A stretch of DNA of 64,000 nt, from NCBI GenBank assembly GCA_032718475.1, contig JAUCBJ010008015.1, positions 21,400 to 85,399 of the forward strand, written 5' to 3'. Position 1 is the stretch's first letter. Each line of letters opens with the position of its first letter. The notes beneath the pieces were generated by a model. It was given only the letters and a program-made list of their open reading frames with translations, was not told the origin of the DNA and made no database searches. The position numbers and the translations under genes were made by a program. This document shows positions 14,910 through 28,100 of this stretch, in pieces. This DNA is from Nemertoderma westbladi. Lineage: Eukaryota; Animalia; Xenacoelomorpha.

Positions 14910-16227
14910 CTAAACATTAATTATTAATTTAATGAATTATTTGACAAACTATTTAACATTTAATTTAATTTTAACATAATATAACATTTTTTAAACCCCG
15001 AACTGGTTTATAAAACACACAATTACTTCTTATTTTAAATTACTGTAAATCATTTTTATGATATTTAAGTTAATTTTTTAACCAAATTCAGTGCTGGGTA
15101 CTACTTTACTTTCAGTTTTCAAATAATGTTGATTTTATGTTATTCTGACTGTTATTCAGGTTTACCTCACGTCGAAAGTCAATATTTTTCACACAAGTCC
15201 CCAACATATTTTGTATCTATTAATTAACTACAGTATTAATTATATGAATAAAATCTATATAAAATGTAACAATAGGGGCCACGATCTACCGGGCCTACCA
15301 CGAGAACATTATCAAACTTGAACATTTATTTATTACAATACTAACATACTAACTTAATATAAACATGTAACTATATGCGTTAGTTATGAGTCCTATGATA
15401 TAGAAAGTGTAAAAGGTTACTACTAAATAACACATTATTATTTATCTACAGTATTTCGAACTAAAGTCTATGGGATAGTAAATAAATATAAACTTTACTA
15501 AAAAGGGGGGCACAGGTTGGTAGTGAGTCGCGGATCCTCAGCTGGCGCGGATGCATAGGGAAGAGGACTACGGTGACCTCGGAGGCAAAGCCCAGTTGTC
15601 CGGAGTAAGCTGAAGGAAAGTCGACTCCGCAACCAGTGTACAACCGATGAATTAGTGGAGTCACGCTTCTCCACCAGATGGCCGGCTAGATGCGTTAAAA
15701 ACCGGCTGCACTCAGTACCAGCAGGTCCGCTAGAGGTAAAAACGAGGGGAGAAAATAAAGCGCGTTCTACATTCAGTACCCTATCGATATATTTACGTCG
15801 CTTCTCGGCCTCTTGGTTCTATAGAAGATTGTCTATGGAGGATGGGAGATAGGATTCAGTATTAGGGTAGAATACCCGTACATGAAAGAATGACTTGGAG
15901 TGGCGGATCCAAAAACCTGTTGCTGACACATGGAGACGAGCTTCATTTACAGAAACTCCAGAGGAAGGTGTTAATACCTGGCCAGACAGTTGGAGCAGAC
16001 TGGGTCCTACTCCAACATACACATAGACTTCTTTAAGAAGATAGGCAATTATATCGCGCGTTTCATTGTCTCAATGCAATAAAACATCAGGGATAAAGGA
16101 TGCTGAGCATACACACATAGCTGGGCAAGTTGTAGCGCATTGTAAGTGCATCTGGAAAGGTACGACTTATTTAGTACAAATCCTTCAGCATCAGCGCCAA
16201 ATTTGGCGAAATTTAGGGGTGTATTTG

Positions 16228-16282
16228 TAAGCCGGCACAGCACTCTTAAAAATGCAGCTGCAATGCAGCATGCCGATCCTAG
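16228..16282 (+). mobile_element. Short Helitron/Helentron-like remnant (hairpin + CTAG end), copy 1
   Basis: TAAGCCGGCACAGCA...GCTGCAATGCAGC ATGCCGATCCTAG|T; near-identical to 33201-33255. Confidence 0.5.
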
Positions 16283-16874
16283 TAGTATAGGAGTGTATTT
16301 GTGGAATTTTATCATAAATTTCACAAATCATATCCCTGGACAAATATATATAATTTTGAATTTTCCCAAGAAGATTCAAATAACTTTGTAGTTATAAATT
16401 TCATGATGAAAACCGCAACATCACTTAGTGTTATTGCACAGTAAGTCTGTTTATTGTTTAAAAGTCGAAGAAAAAATTTAAAATTTTTTTTACTTTCAGA
16501 AAAAAAAAAAATTTTTTAAATTTTAATTTTGAGTTAAATAATAAAATAGAAAATGTCCGTAAGCACCACCATAAATGTATCCTTATTTTTTTCAAGATTA
16601 GAAAATTATTCCACATAAAATCCAGATTTATATAACATATTAATAAAAATAAACAAGTTCACCATTTTTAGTGAGGCTGCGCACCAAATTTCCGGCACCA
16701 CATGGAGAGAAAAGTACAAAAACTAAGAGTGCACAGCTTTTTTCAAAAAAAAAACCGATATATTTGAAGAATTCTCAAAAACATTTAGGAATACGTACAA
16801 TTTTTGCGTTTCCCGTTACAAATTTCGCACTACAGTACAGTTGTAACTAGTTTGACAACTAAGGCTTTACTAAC

Positions 16875-17125
16875 TCTGCGCTGGATGTGACAGTGAGTGT
16901 AGCTGAGAGCGTCCGTTCCTTACTCGGGTCACCTTTCTCGGCGGTACAATCCAGATCAATGTCCCGCGTAACCCACTTTAACGTCAGCGTCAGCCTCTTC
17001 GTATGTTTGTCTGGGTTATCGTGGGTTGATTCGCTCGAAGTCCCGGTTAAATCTCCGTAAAATGAGAAACTCGGAAAAGCCGGTGTTTCCTGGTCCGTGT
17101 CGGTCTCTCCGGGTTTTATTCGAGC
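16875..17125 (-). CDS. Gene B exon, C-terminal part of a second Ig-like domain
   Basis: attag|ARIKPGETDTDQETPAFPSFSFYGDLTGTSSESTHDNPDKHTKRLTLTLKWVTRDIDLDCTAEKGDPSKERTLSATLTVTSSA|gttagt; 251 nt open frame, phase 0-2, fits both neighbours. Not in the ORF track. Confidence 0.75.
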
Positions 17126-18030
17126 CTAATTAATTAATTAACAACGTAATTAGAAGGTAAAGTTATATTCTGTGAAAACAATAAACAATTATAATAAAAT
17201 CAGAAGACATTCAGTATTAACATTGAACTTGTGCATTGAACTTTAAAGCGGCGCGGCCGTGTGTTGGTCTATACTACTGTAGGACAGAAGGACACCACGG
17301 TCAAAAGAAAATATCAATTTCTCGTCTCATCAACAATCCTTTATTTTTTTTCTGAAGCACTTCAACATTTTTTGCAGATCCTTAAAGGCTCTCGGCTACC
17401 TTGGCTATACGGCTGTCAAATATCGATTTGAAAATAAATACGGATCTGTTTCCGATATTTTCACACACGGCTTCAAACATTGTAACTTTAATAAAACGCT
17501 TAGCAACGCCCCCTTCGCTGACGGCAGCCCCTCCCCCCCAATTGACGTCTACATTCGCACTATATCGATAACAAGGAACAATTTGGACATATTTTTTGTT
17601 TAGCAAATTTGTATCACTACCAAAATCCAGGTCTCGAATTATTTCACGTAAAATATATTATTACACAATTAATTATAAATATAAAAGCAATGTAGTTAGT
17701 TAGTTTGTGTGTGCTTAACGATTTAGTGACAGGGGAATTCGTCTGGACCACTCCAGTCACGTAAATCTTTTACAAAACGACAAATAATTATATGTTATAT
17801 TTACAAGGCAAATAATATACGAATAGCGTACAATGATTGTAATGGATTTGACTGTAATATACTGTAGTTGTGAGAATTTATACATTAAATTTGTCTCAAA
17901 TAAATATAGAAAATGAAGTGATTTCATGAGATTATGATCTAATTGATTGAACAATTGTGAACAATATGAACTGTATGCTACATAGCAACATAATATAGAA
18001 AACTTAAGTCTGGGCGACTGATTTACGGGA

Positions 18031-20663
18031 ATCTCGTGTCTAGACAACTCGTGTCTGGACAACTCGTGTTGTACAACTCGTGTCTGTACAACTCGTGTCT
18101 AGACAACTCGTGTCTGGACAACTCGTGCCCGGATAACTCGTGTCTGGACAACTCGTGTCTGGACAACTCGTGTCTGTACAACTCGTGCCCGGATAACTCG
18201 TGTCTGGACAACTCGTGTCTGGACAACTCGTGTCTGTACAACTCGTGTCTGTACAATTCGTGTCTGGACAACTCGTGTCTGGACAACTCGTGTCTGGACA
18301 ACTCGTGTCTGTACAACTCGTGTCTGTACAATTCGTGTCTGGACAACTCGTGTCTGGACAACTCGTGTCTGTACAACTCGTGTCTGTACAACTAGTGTCT
18401 GTACAATTCGTGTCTGGACAGCTCGTGTCTGGACAACTCGTGTTTAGACAGCTCGTGTCTAGATAACTCGTGTCTGGACAACTCGTGTCTGGACAACTCG
18501 TGTCTGGACAATTCGTGTCTGGACAACTCGTGTCTGGTCAACTCGTGTCTGGACAACTCGTGTCTGTACAACTCGTGTCTGGAAAACTCGTGTCTGGACA
18601 AATCGTGTCTGGATAACTCGTGCCTGGACAACTCGTGTTTAGACAACTCGTGTCTGGACAACTCGTGTCTGTACAACTCGTGTCTGTACAACTCGTGTCT
18701 GTACAACTCGTGTCTGGAAAACTCGTGTCTACGTAACTCGTGTCTGGATAACTCGTGTCTGGACAACTCGTGTCTGGACAACTCGTGTCTGTACAATTCG
18801 TGTCTGGACAACTCGTGTCTGGACAACTCGTGTCTGGACAACTCGTGTCTGTACAACTCGTGTCTGTACAACTAGTGTCTGTACAACTCGTGTCTGGACA
18901 ACTCGTGTCTGCGCAACTCGTGTCTGCGCAAATCGTGTTTAGACAGATCGTGTCTGGACAACTCGTGTCTGGACAACTCGTGTCTGTACAATTCGTGTCT
19001 GGACAACTCGTGGCTGCACAACTCGTGTCTGGACAACTCGTGTCTGAACAACTCGTGTCTGTACAACTCGTGTCTGTACAACTCGTGTCTGTACAACTCG
19101 TGTCTGTATAACTCGTGTCTGGACAACTCGTGTCTGCGCAACTCGTGTCTGTGCAACTCGTGTTTAGACAGCTCGTGTCTGTGCAACTCGTGTTTAGACA
19201 GCTCGTGTCTGGGACAAATCGTGTCTGAACAACTCGTGTCTGGACAACTCGTGTCTGTACAATTCGTGTCTGAACAACTCGTGTCTGGACAACTCGTGTC
19301 TGGACAACTCGTGTCTGTACAACTCGTGTCTGTACAACTAGTGTCTGTACAACTCGTGTCTGGACAACTCGTGTCTGCGCAACTCGTGTCTGTGCAACTC
19401 GTGTTTAGACAGATCGTGTCTGGATAACTCGTGTCTGGACAACTCGTGTCTGGACAACTCGTGGCTGCACAACTCGTGTCTGGACAACTCGTGTTTGAAC
19501 AACTCGTGTCTGTATAACTCGTGTCTGGACAATTCGTGTCTGGACAACTCGTGTCTGGACAACTCGTGTCTGTACAACTCGTGTCTGGAGAACTCGTGTC
19601 TGGACAACTCGTTTCTGTACAACTCGTGTCTGGACAACTCGTGTCTAGACAACTCGTGTCTGTACAACTCGTGTCTGTACAACTCGTGTCTGGAAAACTC
19701 GTGTCTGCGTAACTCGTGTCTGGATAACTCGTGTCTGGACAACTCGTGACTGGACAACTCGTGTCTGGAAAACTCGTGTCTGTACAACTCGTGTCTGTAC
19801 AACTCGTGTCTGGAAAACTCGTGTCTGCGTAACTCGTGTCTGGATAACTCGTGTCTGGACAACTCGTGTCTGGACAACTCGTGTCTGTACAATTCGTGTC
19901 TGGACAACTCGTGTCTGTACAACTCGTGTCTGTACAACTAGTGTCTGTACAACTCGTGTCTGGACAACTCGTGTCTGCGCAACTCGTGTCTGCGCAACTC
20001 GTGTTTAGACAGATCGTGTCTGGACAACTCGTGTCTGGACAACTCGTGTCTGTACAATTCGTGTCTGGACAACTCGTGGCTGCACAACTCGTGTCTGGAC
20101 AACTCATGTCTGAACAACTCGTGTCTGTACAACTCGTGTCTGTACAACTCGTGTCTGTAAAACTCGTGTCTGTATAACTCGTGTCTGGACAACTCGTATC
20201 TGCGCAACTCGTGTCTGTGCAACTCGTGTTTAGACAGCTCGTGTCTGCGCAACTCGTGTTTAGACAGATCGTGTCTGGACAACTCGTGTCTGTACAATTC
20301 GTGTCTGGACAACTCGTGGCTGCACAACTCGTGTCTGGACAACTCATGTCTGAACAACTCGTGTCTGTACAACTCGTGTCTGTACAACTCGTGTCTGTAA
20401 AACTCGTGTCTGCGCAACTCGTGTCTGGACAACTCGTGTCTGCGCAACTCGTGTCTGTGCAACTCGTGTTTAGACAGATCGTGTCTGGATAACTCGTGTC
20501 TGGACAACTCGTGGCTGCACAACTCGTGTCTAGACAAGTCGTGTTTGAACAACTCGTGTCTGTACAACTCGTGTCTGGACAACTCGTGTCTGGACAACTC
20601 GTGTCTGTACAACTCGTGTCTGGACAACTCGTGTCTAGACAACTCGTGTCTGTACAACTCGTG
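18031..20663. repeat. 15-bp intronic minisatellite (AACTCGTGTCTG[G/T]AC, ~175 copies)
   Basis: Clear 15-bp periodicity with recurring variant blocks; lies mid-intron between exons 21169 and 17125. Confidence 0.95.
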
Positions 20664-20687
20664 TGGTTGCATTGAATTCATATAACT

Positions 20688-20925
20688 CGTAGGTCGCGGA
20701 TTAAATCCCCGCATGGGGGCCAAGGCAGTTTTCGTTTCGGCACGAATGCCTTAAAGGCACCAGCCGGAGCGCATATCTGCTTTGCATCCTTAAATGGTAG
20801 GTAAATGAGTACTGGAGTTTCCTCTGGGGAGTAAAGTTCTGGGGGGACCGCACTGGAAATAAGTCATCAGACTTTGTTTAGTAATAACCCCTGGCCTAAC
20901 GGCCGAAGATAATTTACTTTTACTT
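20688..20925 (+). mobile_element. Degenerate SINE-like element (second family)
   Basis: Degraded B-box-like GGATTAAATCCC, central TTTGCATCCTTAAATGGTAGGTAAATGAGTACTGG similar to the core of the other SINE, and a TTTAC-repeat tail. Confidence 0.5.
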
Positions 20926-21168
20926 TAATGTAACAATAAAATATAAACTATATATATTTGGTTTATTATTTTGATTATTGTTTGTTGGTTATGGCTAAAC
21001 TGTTGGACTTGATGACTTAGAGTTAGTGTTACATGTTAGTTACATTTAGGGTTTGCGTCACTAGAGTAACCAGCGCAAAAAAAAACGCGAAATTCTGACA
21101 GCTTATTTTATATTTTTAACTTATTTTAATACTTAATATTATTTTTTAATTTAATAATTAAATCTCAC

Positions 21169-21291
21169 CTCGCAAACGAACTGTATATTTTTCGCGGTTT
21201 TGGTAACAGTTAGCGAGACGGGTGAAAGTCTGAAATCGTAATTGTATTGGCTGGAATCGAGTTTAACGTTGGCAACCTGAGACTGCAGACT
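21169..21291 (-). CDS. Gene B exon, end of Ig-like domain 1 / start of Ig-like domain 2
   Basis: ccattacag|SLQSQVANVKLDSSQYNYDFRLSPVSLTVTKTAKNIQFVCE|gtgaga; 123 nt, phase 0-0. Confidence 0.75.
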
Positions 21292-21400
21292 CTGTAATGG
21301 AGAAATTAATGAGTTTGTTGTAAAGATTCTATGAGTTTTGTCGACCAACATAGGTTATCGTGCGCTCCTAACCAACACAACATTGAGTTCATTAACTCAC

Positions 21401-21678
21401 CTCTTCAGCACCAAACACAACTAGTTTCACATCGCAGCGATATCGGATAACGTCGACATCGTCACCGTAAGACTTGTCAGTTAGTTCGCTCTCGTGTCTA
21501 TTGTTACCGCATCTACGGGTTGTTTGTTCTGTGGGCGACGGGTTTATATCTCGTACGTTCACGCCGTCCCTGTACCATTCCACGACGGTGCCGGAAGGGG
21601 GACCCGTGTAGGTGCACGTCAGATAGATGGGGTTACCTCGGGGGAGAATCTGATCCTCGGGTTTAATAGCAGGTTCGT
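21401..21678 (-). CDS. Gene B exon, Ig-like domain
   Basis: ctttag|EPAIKPEDQILPRGNPIYLTCTYTGPPSGTVVEWYRDGVNV...DVIRYRCDVKLVVFGAEE|gtgagt; L-x-C, W-Y-R-D-G and Y-x-C Ig motifs; phase 1-0. Confidence 0.85.
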
Positions 21679-21933
21679 CTAAAGATTATATAAATTCATA
21701 TTTCACGATTCTGTTGATATAAAATGCCAGTCAATGCCGCACTAAAAGACTTGGAGGGAAGTTGCGACGTGTCGATTTCTACAGCTGTACAAATAGACAG
21801 ACAAACAAACTGAGCATTTTTATATATATACTGTATGATTATACATTCTATGAATCTTTGACAAAATTCTAACAATAACACATATCAACTAATTACAATT
21901 AATTAATTAATTACCCCATACTATAGAACTCAC

Positions 21934-22008
21934 TTATAGTTTGCTGTGCTTTAATCGTGTTTACCGGCAACCCACTCCTCACTATCTCTTTACTAAAACC
22001 CGCTGATT
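21934..22008 (-). CDS. Gene B probable small exon
   Basis: tattag|..SAGFSKEIVRSGLPVNTIKAQQTI|gtgagt; the phase-1 end matches the Ig exon, but the upstream partner is unresolved. Confidence 0.5.
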
Positions 22009-22506
22009 CTAATATGTAATATGGTTCTTAATTTATTTCCCGTTATATTTCCCTCCCCCCTCCCCCGATTTCCATTACTGAACGGTATATCTAATTAAAT
22101 CAATAATCTGGTATTTTCAATATTCACTGTTACCCTTTCAAACTCCTTTTCTTCCATTATGATTCTTTCAACCTAAAATATAATTATATTAATATTATTA
22201 ATTATTAATAAAAACAAACTCAGTATAAATAACTCATTATTATATTTGGATACAGTACAGAGTGATCCAGGCAATCAGCTGATCTGAAGGTTAAGTCGTG
22301 GGAGGCTTTGGGAAGAGGCCAAGCTAAAGAGGACATTAGAGTGATTGATGTTACAAATAAATACATTTTGTCCCCCAAGTAATAAAGGGTATCGAATCGA
22401 AGTGAGTCCTGAGTAAACCATAAGGAAAAAAATTATTTAAGAATATAAAAAACTACGATTCCAACAGTTTGTTGACCTAACATCGGTTTAGAGACAAGTC
22501 ACTCAC

Positions 22507-22581
22507 TGCTTGTCTGGTTTCTGCGTCCTCTTTAAGCGCACGTAGCAACTCCGAACCTTCCACTAAGTCGGCCTTCACTAC
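22507..22581 (-). CDS. Gene B candidate exon
   Basis: gttcag|VVKADLVEGSELLRALKEDAETRQA|gtgagt; 75 nt with good splice sites. A possible upstream piece MSEQLEVQ|gtaaag lies at 22695-22718. Confidence 0.45.
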
Positions 22582-23559
22582 CTGAACGAGGACAATTACC
22601 TTACAGGATTCGTAAACTAAAACTATAAAAACTATCTATTATCAAAAACTGACATATAATACAGTAAAGTCAGGCATTTTTCTAAATTCTTTACCTGAAC
22701 TTCAAGTTGTTCGGACATATTGTTCGGAAATAAAACAAGGTTGAACACTTACTGTATACAACAATACATACATGATCGGTATGCACTATGTTGCTAGACG
22801 CTTGTGCTGTGCTCTGGTGTAACAGTCTGCTGCTGGTGAGAAGAAACGTGATGGACAGCCTGCTCCTCAAATTAGATCCAATCCGATTCAATTCAATTCA
22901 AATCCTATTCCCCATTAAAATAATTATATTTGTGTGTTACAGAAGCAAACAAATAACGATTACATATGATTTGAAGACAAATAATACTGTTATATATTAC
23001 TGGGAGGCACCAACTAATAGCATAGCTCGTCAATGTTGGTGCTTGGGGGAAAGAGGGGGGGGGGGGGGGGGGGGGGGTTGGGGGAGTGGGAAGGGGGGTT
23101 GTCTTAATTTGATATCAAAAAGTAACGTCCTATATAATTTTGAAGGTTGGGATTTGAGTAAAACTGTTGTTGAAGGTATCGTATAAGTGCAGCGTTGGCT
23201 AGAGCGGAAAGATGGAAATGCTTGCATATAGGGGTGAACTAGGAAAGTATATATATCGGTTGAGTGCTCTTGTTGCTGGGTCTGCCAGCACTACACCTTA
23301 GTGCAAGCCGATTACCTTAATCGTGCACTATGGTGCAGTGCAGATACGCAGAATCAAAGATGCCCCCGAATCACTCGGTCAGTCATGTACCTTCTCAGTT
23401 CGGCGTTGGACAGTGTTCCATTAACGAAATAATGTAGGCGAAGTTAATTTATTGACTGATCGCCATGTTTGTTTAGACCAGTTGGTTAACAGAGAAAAGG
23501 TCGCAAACAGGCTGCCGGCGATAGCTATGGACGGTCAGATTTAGATTGTGAATCAACAC

Positions 23560-24845
23560 CACTGTGTTTTGTATTTGGTGATTTTAACGCCGCAATATCT
23601 ACAATATTTTATAGCCATCTTTTAGATTGGGCCGCAGATAGTAATTTGCATCTGTGTGATACAATGTTTCAACCTCAAGATACTTTCACTTTCGTTAGTA
23701 CGGCTCATGGCAGCACATCGTGGCTCGACCATGCTATAAGTACAGGTACCCTGCTCCCATATTTACGAGATTTTAATGTGCATTATAACTTGGCAATATC
23801 GGACCACTTTCCTGTGTCATGTAAAATTAATTTACAGTACAGTTTACTAAGTAGTACGGATGATATTAACATTGGTGCTACTGAACAAAAATGTGCCCGG
23901 CTTGATTGGTGCAAAGCGTCACCCCAGCAACTTTCTGCTTACGATAATAATCTCAATGTATTGCTGTCGCAAATAGATACCAATTGCATAGGTGCTAATA
24001 ACGGTGAGTCTATTTTATGTACAGAGCATAAATCATGCATAGATTATTATTATAAATGTATAGTTGACTGCTTGTTAAGGGCAGCTGAATCGTCTATTCC
24101 TTCGAAAAAATCAGCCAATAGTGGAGCAAACAGAAATGTTCCCGGTTGGAACGATTTCCTGCGAGATAAATATAATTTATCCCGCCGTTTCTTTCTAATT
24201 TGGAAAAGTAATGGCTGTCCGAGAAATGGGCTCATATATGAGGAATACACGAAATCGAGATTTAACTTCAAGCGCTACATGCGCGAGTGCAAACGTAACG
24301 CAAACCAGATCCGCAGCGACAAATTAGCTGAGTTAATTTACTCGAACAACCAGAACGAATTTTGGAATAATGTCCGTAAACAGACGGGTGTTTCTACACC
24401 ACTGTCTAATAAAGTGGGCAGTGCGGTACGTGAAAAAGAGGTTTGCGATATGTTTAAAAATAAATTTGAAACTTTATACAATGCGAACCAACCTGAGCCC
24501 CATAAAGCTGAGGTTGATCGTAAACTTGAAGGTATTAAATTTTGTGAATCAATGATTGTAACTCCGATAGAGGTGGTGTTTGCAATTGATAAGCTTGTTA
24601 CAGGTAAAGTTGCCGGCCCGGATGGCATTTCTTGTGAATTTTTTATAAATGGTACTAAATCTCTATATGTTCACTTAGCAAATGTATTCACCTGTTTTAA
24701 TGTTCATAGTTATATACCCGATGATTTTATGCGTTGTAACCTAATTCCTTTACTTAAAGACAAGAATGACGATATTACATCGCCCGACAATTATCGTGGC
24801 ATAGCCATTGCCACAATTATGAGTAAGATATTTGAACATGTATAT
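23560..24845 (+). mobile_element. Non-LTR retrotransposon ORF2, part 1 (end of APE endonuclease, linker, start of RT)
   Basis: GDFNA, SWLDH, SDHFPV, PGWN, GPDGI and NYRGIAI motifs; interrupted at FEHVY by the Gypsy element. Confidence 0.9.
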
Positions 24846-25020
24846 TGGTATGTTCTGCCATAGGCAGTCAACTGAACAATAAATAGCAATGTTCCAACCA
24901 GATATGTTATATTGCAGTATGGACTAAATGATACCGGTAGTAGTAAAGTACCCCAGTAGGAATCGACTTAGGTCCTACTAAGGTTTGTAATGACCTCCAC
25001 CATTATATTAATATCTCCCA
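24846..25020 (-). repeat. 3' LTR of Gypsy element
   Basis: Identical by eye to 30481-30655. Confidence 0.95.
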
Positions 25021-25143
25021 ACTCCCTTTCATAAAGATATATTCATTGCTAGTATTAAATTAATCAAGTAATGAATATATCGAAATATAACTTAACTCAG
25101 TTAAATGTTTTAGAATACTTAAAACTGGTAATATATTATGTAG

Positions 25144-28100
25144 TTATTTGGGACTACCCAAACGCTTGTAGATCAGTTTATCGGGCTTAACTCGCTGCCG
25201 GGTGCTCCTTCGAACTGAATTCCATGATGAGTCTGATTGTACTGGAATCATTTGATTCGTCTCATTTGCATTAGTGTTTCTTTGTGTATGTTTCCACTCT
25301 GAACCGCAAAGCTCCTGCTGAACAGGTCGCAAGAAGAGTCGATTTCGATACAATGCTCGACCAGATTCAAGTTTGATCCGATATCTCCGATGGTTCGAGG
25401 TATCAATAACTGTGGCTAAACGATCCCATCGTTTGGTGACTGGATTTTGTACAAGAACTGTTGTACCATTCTCGATCGGGGTCAACGCAACAGCAGAACG
25501 ATCGTGGTAAAATTGTCTCTTTACTGCATTTCTTAGTCGTGAACAATCCGCTTTGTCTGCACTTTTCTGCCAATCAGCAGAATAATATTGCCAATGAACA
25601 GGGAGTAGAGACCTTGTAGGGTGTCCAAATACTCGCTGTGAAGGTGACAATCCGTCCTTGTTCGGAGTATTCAATAATTCGATCACACCAGCTATATATT
25701 CATCGCTTGTAATATCACCTCCTGTTTTTGCTAATAAATATTTCATTTTCTTTACATTGACTTCAGCGTGGCCATTCCCTTTTGGGTATCTAGGAGAAGA
25801 TGGTGACCAAGTAATTCCCCATTGTTTAAAGAATAACTGCATTTCTTCTGAAGCAAATTGAGGACCTTGATCTGAAGACAACTCATTTGGAATACCAGTC
25901 ATAGAAAAGTAACGTTTGAACACAGAAATTGTATCAGTAGATGATGGATGGCTAACAAATTTTTCTGTTGTAGTATATCCTGAATATCTGTCAGCTATAA
26001 TAATGTAATGTTGACCCGCATATTCATAAAAATCTGTTGATACAGATACAAATGCTCTTGGTGGAATATCCCGTTGTATCATTGGCTCCTGGATTTGTGA
26101 CGGGCGGTAGAGTTGACAATCATGACATGATTCAATTGTTTTAATTATGTCATATGTATATCCTGGCCAATATACAGTTTGCCTTGCACGACGTTTAGTT
26201 TTTTCAATACCTTGATGGCTAGCATGTAATCGATGTAATATATTTTTCACTGAATTTGGTGGTATTACAATTTGACAGCCACGGAGAATTAAATTGTCAT
26301 CTAATGACAGTTCGTCTTTAATGTTTTTAAACTGTTCAATGTAGTCAGACTTAATAGAAGATGGGAAATCATTTAAAATTGCAAGAATAAGTTGTCTGTA
26401 ATCTGGGTCTTTTTGAGCATTTTCTCGAAGGTCATCTAATATTAGATCAGGTATTTCATTTGCAGAAGTTATTGCGACATTAACAATCAATTCTGATTGT
26501 TCAGCGATAAGTTCATCAATGAAATAGTCGTCTTCCTGTGGTTCACTCGTCGGGGCCCTTGAAAGGGCATCTGGAATGAAATGCTCTTTTCCTCTTTTCC
26601 AACATACGGTGAAACTATATGGTGTGAGTTTGGAACGGTAATTTAATACACGAGTGTTTTCTATATCGACTAGACCATATTGGTTGAATAGCGATACAAG
26701 GGGTTTATGATCAGTGATAACTTGGAAGGATGGTAAACCCGCTAAGTAGACGTGACACTTCTTAATGGCCCAAAGAATAGCCAGAGCCTCCAGTTCTACT
26801 GCAGCATAACGTGTCTCTACATCTCTAATGAATCGACTACCACATTGTATTAGTCGCCATTCGTTATCCTGTTTTTGCAATAACGCAAAACCAAGTCCAT
26901 GGGAACGGGATGCATCAGTTTGGAGTGATGTTTCTGCTGATGGGTCGAACATTCCAAGTATGGGTGGTGATACAAGTAATTTTTTCAAATTTTCAAATAT
27001 GTTAGTATGTTCTTGGAGCCACATAAATTCATTCTTTGTTTGTAGGAGCTGGCGAAGTGGGCTGGCTACAGCTGCGATTTCTTTACAAAATGATCCCAAT
27101 TGATTTGTTAATCCTAGAAAACTTCTCAGGTCGGTTCGACTACAAGGGGTTGGGAAATCAGAGATTGCATCAATTTTTTTTTTGTCTGCTCTAATGGAAC
27201 CATGTGAAATGGAATATCCAACAAAATTTATTTTATTGCTACATAAGATACTTTTATCTTTGTTTATGGTGATGTTATGTTTAGTGCATCTTTCTAGAAC
27301 ATTACATACTATGCGTACCAATTCTTGGAGTGTGGGAGCTCCGATGCCAACATCATCTATAACTTTATTCACATTTAATCCTGTGAGAGCACAGTCGCCA
27401 CGATATGAGTAACTATCCCCAGTGGATACAAAACCCATTGGGGATCTCAAGAATTTGAACTTGCCAAATGGTGTTATGAAAACTGTTAAATCTTGTGAGG
27501 TTGAATCTAATTCCATCTGCCAATAACCCTTAGTGAAATCCAATTTGGCGAAATATTTATCTGTTGGTGTAAATCCGTTAATCGCCTCAGCGGGAGTTTT
27601 GGTATGATAAGAAGTTCTTTGAACTTGGTTGTTTAGTTTCGTTAGATCAACACATAATCTGACATCACCATTTGGTTTGGGGATGACGACTAGTGGATGA
27701 CACCACTTCGTTGGTATATCTCCTACTGACTCAATTATTTTGCTTTTGATCATATACTCTATGTTTTTTCTGACTTTGTCCAATAAAGCATATGGTATTT
27801 GGCGAGCTGTATGGATGGCATAGGGGACAGCATCTTGCTTTAGACTGATAGACATCGGACTTCCAACTTCACCACCTTTCATAGTTTTTAATTCGATTGA
27901 ATCATGGAAGACTTGAGAATATATAGTTTTTAGCTTATTATTGATTTCGAGTATTATTTGATCATCCATTGAACAGTTTTTTGGCAGATCATTAATCCAA
28001 CTTTCTCGATCAGACCAAACATCAGATAATGGCTGTGTGTCCTTCTTTATGTTATTTATATTAGTATTCTCATTTTTGGGATAGGGGAAATGAGAACTAA

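Noticed and set aside
18023-20723. Pentapeptide-like repeat proteins (RHELS, DTSCP, VSGQL)
   Set aside because: A 15-bp unit is open in several frames on both strands; there are no splice signals or unique flanking coding sequence, and it lies in an intron.
21368-21400. 33-nt micro-intron after the Ig exon
   Set aside because: That acceptor leads to a stop after 12 codons; the acceptor at 21292 gives an open, phase-compatible exon.
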